Shown: one piece after another, positions 30,200 to 36,567 of the stretch | Layout of the letters: each line of letters begins with the position of its first letter | How positions within the stretch are numbered: the first letter of the stretch is position 1 | DNA from: Gemmatimonadales bacterium | Lineage (GTDB): Bacteria > Gemmatimonadota > Gemmatimonadetes > Gemmatimonadales > GWC2-71-9 | Reading direction: 5' to 3' | DNA: 36,567 nucleotides | NCBI GenBank assembly: GCA_038321865.1 | Contig: JBBQFH010000032.1 | Span: 1 to 36,567, forward strand | Translations under genes and position numbers: made by a program | The notes under the pieces: generated by a model | The model's database searches: none | Told to the model about the DNA's origin: nothing | What the model saw: only the letters and a program-made list of their open reading frames with translations

Positions 30200-31554
30200 G
30201 GCTGTGGCTGACGGCGGCATTGGTGCTCGCGGCCGTACCCGCCGGCCTCGCCCAGGGACCCCGAGCGGCCGCATCACCGGTCCGGCTGGTGCGCTGCGTG
30301 GCTGGCCGAGACCTGCCGTGCCTGATCGCTCGTGTCGTGCTGACGGGGGCGGGGGCCGCGAGTGTCGCCGCGCTCGATTCCGCGGCGGAGGCGCATGCGT
30401 GGACCGGTGTCCTCGGCGGCGCGCGGCTCATCGGGCCCGGCGTCGTGGTACCACGCCGCATCGATCCGCCGTTGCGGCTCCTGGTGCTGCTGGACCGCAG
30501 CGGGAGCATGATCGGTGAGGGCATCGCGTTCACCCGGATCACGCTTCGCGGGTTCATCCTGTCGCTGGACAGCGCGACGACGCGTGTGGCGGTCGCCGGG
30601 TTCGAGAGCCGGGACGTCGCCCGCGGCATCCAGGCCGCCCGCTTCGTCGCACCGGCCGAGGCCGCCCGAATCCTCCAGCAGCTTCCGGCGCCGGACCCGA
30701 CGGCCAATACCGCCCTCTACAGCGGGCTGGTCAACGGGCTCGAGCATCTCGGCGCGGCGAGGACAGCGGCGCCTGGAACGCAGGGTGCACTGCTGCTGGT
30801 GACCGATGGCAGGAACGATGTCGGCCATCCGCGTGACGATCCCGATCTGCTGGCCGGTGAACTCGGGCTGAAAGAGGCGGCGGCGGCCGCCGCGGCGAGC
30901 GGCGCGGGGATCTGGATCATGGGCGTCGGCGAGCATCTGTCGGCGTCCGAGATCTCCACCCTCGCCGGCACGCGCGGCAGTGCGACGACGGTGAGTCTCG
31001 ACCCGAATGCGATGAGCGCGCGGCTCTCCGCCATCGCCCGCGAGCTGCGAGGCTCGAGGGATCTGACGTTCGGGGTCAGCGGAGGGGCTGCGTCGGCGCT
31101 CGCCCGGGCGCCCTGGGCGGGAACCGCGGCGGCATGGAGCGGGGGCAAGCCGGTGGTGACGGAGGCGCTCGCCTGGCGGCCGCCGTTGTTCGCGCTTCCG
31201 GCCTATGAGGGGGTGGCCGAGCCGGCCTCGCTCCCGGCGGCGCTGCGCGATGCCGGCACCGCGGCGGGCGCGCTCGCCGGACTTCGCTGGCTGATGGCGG
31301 GGTGTCTGGTGCTGTTCGGTGGGCTGCTGTGGTTCGCCGCGCCGCGCTATCTCTGGCGCCGCGACGAAGTGCTCGCCGATACCGGCCTCGCTCCCGCCCC
31401 TTCACGCCGGGCGCCACTCGCCACGAGTGCCGACACCAGTGGGCTGCGCCGAGACCTGCAGGAGGCACCGCCACGGAGGCCCGAGGCGATCACCGCCGAA
31501 TACCCGGCAGTCAGCGCTTCTTCCACTCCCTCGCGTCCCGATCGGGAAACGTGA
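30196..31554 (+). CDS. Secreted, membrane-anchored von Willebrand factor A domain protein
   Basis: Start ATG 30196 (ATGA overlap); signal peptide; MIDAS LLDRSGSM, TALYSGL, LLVTDGRND; C-terminal TM helix. Confidence 0.85.
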   Translation: MRLWLTAALVLAAVPAGLAQGPRAAASPVRLVRCVAGRDLPCLIARVVLTGAGAASVAALDSAAEAHAWTGVLGGARLIGPGVVVPRRIDPPLRLLVLLDRSGSMIGEGIAFTRITLRGFILSLDSATTRVAVAGFESRDVARGIQAARFVAPAEAARILQQLPAPDPTANTALYSGLVNGLEHLGAARTAAPGTQGALLLVTDGRNDVGHPRDDPDLLAGELGLKEAAAAAAASGAGIWIMGVGEHLSASEISTLAGTRGSATTVSLDPNAMSARLSAIARELRGSRDLTFGVSGGAASALARAPWAGTAAAWSGGKPVVTEALAWRPPLFALPAYEGVAEPASLPAALRDAGTAAGALAGLRWLMAGCLVLFGGLLWFAAPRYLWRRDEVLADTGLAPAPSRRAPLATSADTSGLRRDLQEAPPRRPEAITAEYPAVSASSTPSRPDRET

Positions 31555-31843
31555 CCTTGCAGCTGCCGGGATCGACGCCTTCCACGCGAATCCGGCCAAG
31601 GTTGTCGAGCTTGCCGGTGACGTATTTGCCGTCCGCGAGCTCCACCCTGAACGGTTCGCCCGCGATTGGCGACCCGTCACGCTCGGTCAGCGCGATGCCG
31701 ATCCAGTCCGGCTTCGTAGGGTCGGCGACCATAACGGCGGCCAGTGGGGCCGACTCGCCTGCGATCTTGGGTGCGGTCGCTGGCTCGCACTCCTTGCAGC
31801 CGCCGAGAGCGTCGGCCTGCGACTGACTGATCCGCATGTTCAT
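31511..31843 (-). CDS. Stand-alone transthyretin-like (VgrG/PAAR C-terminal extension type) protein
   Basis: WIGIALTERDGSPIAGEPFRVELADG...GKLDNLGRIRVEGVDPGSCKVTFPD..W, homologous to the PAAR C-terminus in this window. ATGA overlap with DUF4123. Confidence 0.75.
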   Translation of the reverse strand: MNMRISQSQADALGGCKECEPATAPKIAGESAPLAAVMVADPTKPDWIGIALTERDGSPIAGEPFRVELADGKYVTGKLDNLGRIRVEGVDPGSCKVTFPDRDAREWKKR

Positions 31844-32409
31844 TGGCGTCGCACGGTGACTCGGGGCTTGCTGGGCGTCGGGGTCTCGAGCCAGCGCCGG
31901 GTCACGAGCGTAACGCCGTACGTCTCGAGATCGGTCACGCCGTACGCGGAGACCGGCCCGAAGAACTCCGTCAGCTGCGGGGCATCGCAGGTGGGGAGGA
32001 ACTTCGCGAGGACGCGCGGATCATAGAAGCGGAAGTACCAGGTATCGCCGTCGGGCCCATCGACGAGCAGGCACTTCCGAAAGTGGGCGCGTACGACCTG
32101 GATATCCGCGTCCGAGACTGCGAAGATGCCCCACGGATCCGTCCAGAGCGTTTCGGCCAGCCAGAGCAACGTCGTCGGGAGCAAGCGAACGAGGTACGGG
32201 GCGATGGCCGCGAGCTCCTGCTCCGCCGGAGGGCGGTACAGGGAGACTGCGAGCGCGGGGCCGAGTTCGGCGACTCGGAGCGGCACAGACGGCTCGTCGC
32301 AGGCGTCGAGCACGGCGTAGAGCGCTCCGCGCTCCGCCTCCCGCCCAAGGTCGGTGACCGAGACGGAACGGGTCGTCATGAGATCGGGCATCCCCGCAAT
32401 ATCCAGCAT
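31840..32409 (-). CDS. DUF4123 (Tap/Tec) T6SS effector adaptor-chaperone; start may be 32391 or 32379
   Basis: LYAVLDA, SLY, APYLV, WGIF, HFRK.LLV and YFRFYDPRVL..FL......FFGPV. Confidence 0.88.
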   Translation of the reverse strand: MLDIAGMPDLMTTRSVSVTDLGREAERGALYAVLDACDEPSVPLRVAELGPALAVSLYRPPAEQELAAIAPYLVRLLPTTLLWLAETLWTDPWGIFAVSDADIQVVRAHFRKCLLVDGPDGDTWYFRFYDPRVLAKFLPTCDAPQLTEFFGPVSAYGVTDLETYGVTLVTRRWLETPTPSKPRVTVRRQ

Positions 32410-32491
32410 GCCGCGGCGATGGCAAGGCGGACTGGACGGTGGGTTGTCTGGGCCGCAGATTCACCAGTTGCTCCTCACACGCAAGGTCTGC

Positions 32492-33136
32492 ATGCTCGCG
32501 CCGATCGCCCGCGTCGAAGATCTGCACGCCTGTCCCATGGCCACGCCCGCCGTGGTGCCGGTGCCGCACGTGGGCGGCCCGGTGAAAGGCCCGGGCGCCA
32601 TGACGGTGCTGGCCGGGGGGCAAATTGTTTGTGTGGCCGGGGACATCGCGATCTGCGTAGGTCCTCCTGACGTCATGTGCATGGGCTCCCCGACGGTGAT
32701 GGCGATGGGTCGTCCGGTCGTCCGTATCTGCGATCAGTCGGTCCACGGCGGCATGGTGCTCATCGGATTGCCGACGGTCATGGTCGGCGATTCGGGCGGG
32801 AACGGAAGCGCACAGGCGGGGACCATGAGCGCCGCGAAGGCCGGCGGGTCGGCATTCACGCGGGCCGAGTGCAACGCCAAGGCCGCTGCGAGCGTCGCGC
32901 GAGGGGTACCGTCACCGCCGCCGGCCACCGGACCGGCGTGGGTCGAAGTCGAAGTGGTCGCCAGCGATGGCAAGCCGCTGCCGTACCAGAAGGTGCGCGT
33001 GATTGACGGCGGCGGCACCGCCCGCATCGCGTTCAGCGACACCAGCGGCATCGCCCGCGTGGACGGCATGGCCAAGGGCGAATGCCAGATTACACTGGCA
33101 GACCTCGACCGGTCGTCGTGGGAACCTGTCGGGTGA
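32492..33136 (+). CDS. PAAR-domain spike-tip protein with C-terminal transthyretin-like extension
   Basis: PIARVEDLHACP...PHVGGP...GDIAICVGPPD...GSPTV...GRPVVRICD.SVHGG....GLPTVMVG, then WVEVEVVASDGKPLP... Confidence 0.88.
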   Translation: MLAPIARVEDLHACPMATPAVVPVPHVGGPVKGPGAMTVLAGGQIVCVAGDIAICVGPPDVMCMGSPTVMAMGRPVVRICDQSVHGGMVLIGLPTVMVGDSGGNGSAQAGTMSAAKAGGSAFTRAECNAKAAASVARGVPSPPPATGPAWVEVEVVASDGKPLPYQKVRVIDGGGTARIAFSDTSGIARVDGMAKGECQITLADLDRSSWEPVG

Positions 33137-33780
33137 CGACACACACCGTCCGGCAAGGCGAATTTCTGGCGCGGCTCGCCCAGGCTTACGGGTTCACGGA
33201 TCCGGATGTGATCTGGAATCTGCCGGAGAATCAGCCGCTCCGGGACGCCGGCCGGACCCCGACCACCCTGGCACCCGGTGATAACCTGTTCGTGCCCGAG
33301 CGCGTGGATCGTACGCTGCATGGCCCCACCGAACGCCGCTACACGGCCAAGGTGAAGCTATCGGTGGTGAGACTTCGTGTGCTGTTGCAGACCCTGGGCG
33401 GCGAAGCGCTCGCCAGCGAATCCGGGACGCTGCACACCGCGGCAGGCGATTCCAAGTTCACCACGGACGCCAAGGGTCTTCTTGACGTGGTCCTGACGGG
33501 CGTCACCGAGGCGGGCGAGCTGCGGCTCGCGGGCGACGGAACCACACTGCATCGCATTGTGATTCCACTCCACATTGGACACCTCGACCCGATCACAACG
33601 GTTCAGGGGCAGGAAGCTCGGCTCAACAGCCTGGGCTATCGCGCGGGCCTGGGAGGAGATGCATCCGCGCCGGCGTTTCGCTCCGCCGTCGAAGAATTCC
33701 AGTGTGATGAGCGGTTGCGGGTTGACGGGGTGTGCGGGCCGGCGACGCAGACGAAGCTCCGGAGTGCACATGGGAGCTAG
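33133..33780 (+). CDS. LysM + TTR-like + peptidoglycan-binding (PG_binding_1) protein
   Basis: GTG start overlapping the PAAR stop; HTVRQGEFLARLAQAYGF..IWN.PEN..L..P.TLAPGD.LFVP; TTDAKGLL; ARLNSLGY...AVEEFQ...LRVDGVCGPAT. Confidence 0.85.
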   Translation: MTTHTVRQGEFLARLAQAYGFTDPDVIWNLPENQPLRDAGRTPTTLAPGDNLFVPERVDRTLHGPTERRYTAKVKLSVVRLRVLLQTLGGEALASESGTLHTAAGDSKFTTDAKGLLDVVLTGVTEAGELRLAGDGTTLHRIVIPLHIGHLDPITTVQGQEARLNSLGYRAGLGGDASAPAFRSAVEEFQCDERLRVDGVCGPATQTKLRSAHGS

Positions 33781-35137
33781 TCCCGTGCCGCCCGATCAGG
33801 ACGTAACCGAGACGCCAGTCGCGCTGCCGGTGCTGGTTGCCCCGACGACCGGGACGGGGTTCAACACGATTCGCGAGCAGCTCGCGGCCGCGGCCGCGTG
33901 GCAGCTGGACGACATCCGCTTCGAATTCGACTCGTCGGTGATCTTGCCGGACGCGGAAGAGGAATTCGGGTTTCTCGCCGTGTTGCGCGCCGAGCACCCC
34001 AAGGCGCCGCTGGCGCTCTTCGGCCATGCGGACCCGACCGGCGATGATGACTACAACAAGGCACTGAGCGGGCGGCGGGCCATCGCCGTGTTCGGGCTGC
34101 TCACCCGGCGCGTCGCCTTGTGGGAACAACTGTTCTCGAAACCAATCGGCAACGACAAATGGGGTGATCGGGCACTCACGCTCATGCGGTCGGTCGTGGC
34201 CGGCGACGGGGATCCGCCACCCCCGCCGGCATCACCGGCAGAGCGCGCGCAATTATTCCGCGCCTACATGGACGAGCTCTGCCGTGATTTCAGCGGCACG
34301 CCATATCAGCTCGATGCAACGGCGGACTTCCTCGCCGGCGGGAAGGATCCCGGCGGCAAGGGGGACTTCCAGGGCTGCAGCGAGTTCAATCCCGAACTGA
34401 TGTTTTCAGCTCAGGAAAAAGCCGCGTTCGACCGCAGCGGCGACAAGGACGGGCGGGACCGGGAGAACGCCCCGAACCGGCGGGTGGTCGGGTTGCTGTT
34501 CCGGCCCGGTACTCGAGTTGACCCGGTCCGATGGCCGTGCCCGCGGGCCACTGAGGGCCCGGAGGCGTGCCATCGCCGCTTCTTCGCCGATGCCAGGGTG
34601 CGCCGTTCATTCCAGGGGCAGCGCCGGACTCACGCGGTCAATGGCGACACGTTCGCCTGCCGCTTCTACGAACGCATCGCTGACAGCGCGCCGGGCCCAC
34701 GGCTGACGCGCCGGAATATTTTTCAGTACGGTGTGCCGCTCGGCAAGGGCGCCCCGTTCACCGAGACCGCCACGGTCCGCATCGTCAGCGAAGACGGCAA
34801 ACAGATCCGCACCTTCAAGGAAGCCGATGGGTTCCTCGCCGGCACGCATCGCGTCTTCATCTTCACGCGTGTCCGCACCGGTGTCCGGTACCGTTGCGAG
34901 GTGACCGACGGCGGTTTGACGTTCGAGCTGTTCAGCTTTACCGACTTGAGCAGGGTCCTCAATCCCGGAGACCCGCTGAACCTGCTGCAGCAGCCCCAGC
35001 CGGCCGGCCTTGTGGCGCTGCCGCCGCCGCCGCCCGCCAATTTTCAAGCGTTCACCGGTCCGCCGGATGCGGTGGACTTCACCGCGGTGGACGACGCGAC
35101 TGTGACGCGGGCTCCCATCACTACGGCCATCGTGTGA
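33770..35137 (+). CDS. OmpA C-terminal-like domain protein with large internal insertion, no signal peptide
   Basis: FEFDSSVI, LFGHADPTGDDDYNKALSGRRAIAV and a distant NRRV; GGAG SD before ATG 33770. Confidence 0.8.
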   Translation: MGASPVPPDQDVTETPVALPVLVAPTTGTGFNTIREQLAAAAAWQLDDIRFEFDSSVILPDAEEEFGFLAVLRAEHPKAPLALFGHADPTGDDDYNKALSGRRAIAVFGLLTRRVALWEQLFSKPIGNDKWGDRALTLMRSVVAGDGDPPPPPASPAERAQLFRAYMDELCRDFSGTPYQLDATADFLAGGKDPGGKGDFQGCSEFNPELMFSAQEKAAFDRSGDKDGRDRENAPNRRVVGLLFRPGTRVDPVRWPCPRATEGPEACHRRFFADARVRRSFQGQRRTHAVNGDTFACRFYERIADSAPGPRLTRRNIFQYGVPLGKGAPFTETATVRIVSEDGKQIRTFKEADGFLAGTHRVFIFTRVRTGVRYRCEVTDGGLTFELFSFTDLSRVLNPGDPLNLLQQPQPAGLVALPPPPPANFQAFTGPPDAVDFTAVDDATVTRAPITTAIV

Positions 35138-35150
35138 CGAGCGCCCGCTA

Positions 35151-36567
35151 ATGGCAATCTTCGTGGTCATTCGTGTTATCGACACCGCCTACGCGCAGCT
35201 GGACGGCGCCCTCGTCCAGTTCAAGGTCGGAGGCGGCGCGTTCGTGACACTGCCTGCCACCAGCATCGCCGGGGCGACCGGCCACGAAACGGTGGTCAAC
35301 GCACTGGCCGGCACCACGACGCGCTGTACCGTTCGGGTGACCAAGGCCGGCCTCTTTCCGGTCCAGCAGGACCTGGTGCTTTCCACCATCGAACGGCCGG
35401 CATCGCTCGCGTTCGATGGTGCGCAGGATATCAATGTCCGGAACATCGACCGCCACTCGCGCGACTCCGGCGACATCAACTTCGATGTGTTCGTCGTGCC
35501 CGGGGAGTTGCGCGACGCGAGCAGCTCCATCCCGCCGGTGCTGGCCCAGGCCCCGCCGCTGTTTCCCGCCCCCAACCCGACCGGTCAGCGGCGGCCGGCA
35601 ATTCCGCAGCCGATCCTCGATCCCCGCCGGGTGCAGAACGTCGTGGACCTCGCGGCGATTATCCTCAGTACCCCAACCAATCCGGCCGCCGGCCAGCACA
35701 AGCAGGTCACCGCGAGGCTGGCCGGAAAGCTCTTCTTCATCGAGCGGACCACGGTCCCTCAGCTGCTGGCCGTCTATGTGCCGGACGGGCTCGGGTTTAT
35801 CAAGCAATTCTCGACCACGACAAAAGCGCCCATCCCCCGGGCCTACCACCTCTTCTTTCATCCGTCCATTCCGGACCACTTCACCACCCCCTACCCGTTC
35901 AGCTACAGTTACATCGACCTAATCGCACGGTATCTCCGTGCCGAGCAGCACTGGGCGATCGGCAAGGAGCTGATGTACCAGCACGAGGCATCCTCGAAAC
36001 GGTGTATCCTGGTGTTTCCGGTCGGGGCGAAGGGCGCCGGCTTCGGAACGCTCGCCACCCAGCGCAACGTGCTCAAACTGCTGCACGAGCTCAACTACTG
36101 GATCCAACGGATGGTGGGGGTGGCGGTGCCGTCACAGCCTGAGCCGGTCGCGCATCTGGCCGTGTCGGGGTTCAGCGCGGGGATCCGGCAAGTACAGGGT
36201 GTGCTGAGTCAGGACCGGGTGACCGCATTCAATGATAATGTGCTCCGGGAGGTATACAGCTTCGATGGCATTTTCGTGACGCGAGATGCCAACAACAAGG
36301 AGGTGCTGGACGTTCCGTCCACCGACGCGTGCTGCGCGGCGATGCGAGCCTGGTTTCGCCGGGGCCAGAATGCGCGGGCGTTGCGGGTCTATACCCAGGG
36401 GCGAATCTGGTTCGACCGGCTGAGGGACGTGTTTCCCGGCGCCGCCTTCATCCAGGGCCGCGACGGCGCGCTCGAGATGTCGTCAGCGCAGAACACGATC
36501 CTCTTCGCGCCGTCGGTGTTCTGGACCGGACTCAACGAGCCGCTCCGATCGCAGGCCGTGAGCACCA
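35151..36567 (+). CDS. Putative alpha/beta-hydrolase-like effector with N-terminal beta-sandwich (partial, runs off right edge)
   Basis: Not in ORF track. Open for 472 codons from ATG 35151 (MAIFVVIRVIDT...); contains YHLFFHP, CILVFP, HLAVSGFSAG (GxSxG at 36168-36182) and EVYSFDG. Confidence 0.7.
   Translation, partial: MAIFVVIRVIDTAYAQLDGALVQFKVGGGAFVTLPATSIAGATGHETVVNALAGTTTRCTVRVTKAGLFPVQQDLVLSTIERPASLAFDGAQDINVRNIDRHSRDSGDINFDVFVVPGELRDASSSIPPVLAQAPPLFPAPNPTGQRRPAIPQPILDPRRVQNVVDLAAIILSTPTNPAAGQHKQVTARLAGKLFFIERTTVPQLLAVYVPDGLGFIKQFSTTTKAPIPRAYHLFFHPSIPDHFTTPYPFSYSYIDLIARYLRAEQHWAIGKELMYQHEASSKRCILVFPVGAKGAGFGTLATQRNVLKLLHELNYWIQRMVGVAVPSQPEPVAHLAVSGFSAGIRQVQGVLSQDRVTAFNDNVLREVYSFDGIFVTRDANNKEVLDVPSTDACCAAMRAWFRRGQNARALRVYTQGRIWFDRLRDVFPGAAFIQGRDGALEMSSAQNTILFAPSVFWTGLNEPLRSQAVST

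Noticed and set aside
31511..36567. Complete T6SS or eCIS locus
   Set aside because: No sheath, tube, VgrG, baseplate or membrane-complex genes are in the window; only tip, adaptor and cargo-type genes.

Overview
High-GC bacterial chromosomal window; gene content and protein style suggest Gemmatimonadota (inference). The left ~19.8 kb is housekeeping: PfkB kinase (partial), ROK kinase and lepA; an EamA transporter; a CMD protein; a co-oriented, partly overlapping DUF58-BatA-mfd-PPIase-surA-pdxA run; a divergent corC/CDF pair; typA; a very acidic small protein; and a stand-alone tRNA-Ile(GAT). After the tRNA the window turns accessory: three small ORFs, a deoxyhypusine-synthase-like gene, a YfaP-like lipoprotein and an outer-membrane beta-barrel. 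Two unusual modules follow. (1) A signalling or envelope module: a Zn-ribbon Ser/Thr kinase with Big_2 Ig repeats on both sides of its TM helix, divergent from a membrane protein carrying two kinase N-lobe fragments (catalytic Lys replaced by Arg) plus PEGA and SEL1 repeats, followed by a LysM deletion scar, a ubiquitin-like/6TM/degenerate-FHA protein and a secreted vWA protein. (2) An orphan contractile-injection tip/cargo cassette: DUF4123 adaptor, stand-alone transthyretin-like (TTR) protein, PAAR-TTR, LysM-TTR-PG-binding protein, split OmpA-like protein, and a GxSxG hydrolase ORF that runs off the right edge and is missing from the ORF track. No tube, sheath, vgrG, integrase, transposase or CRISPR array is visible. 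Several core genes look leaderless. All domain calls come from motif recognition by eye, not from database searches.
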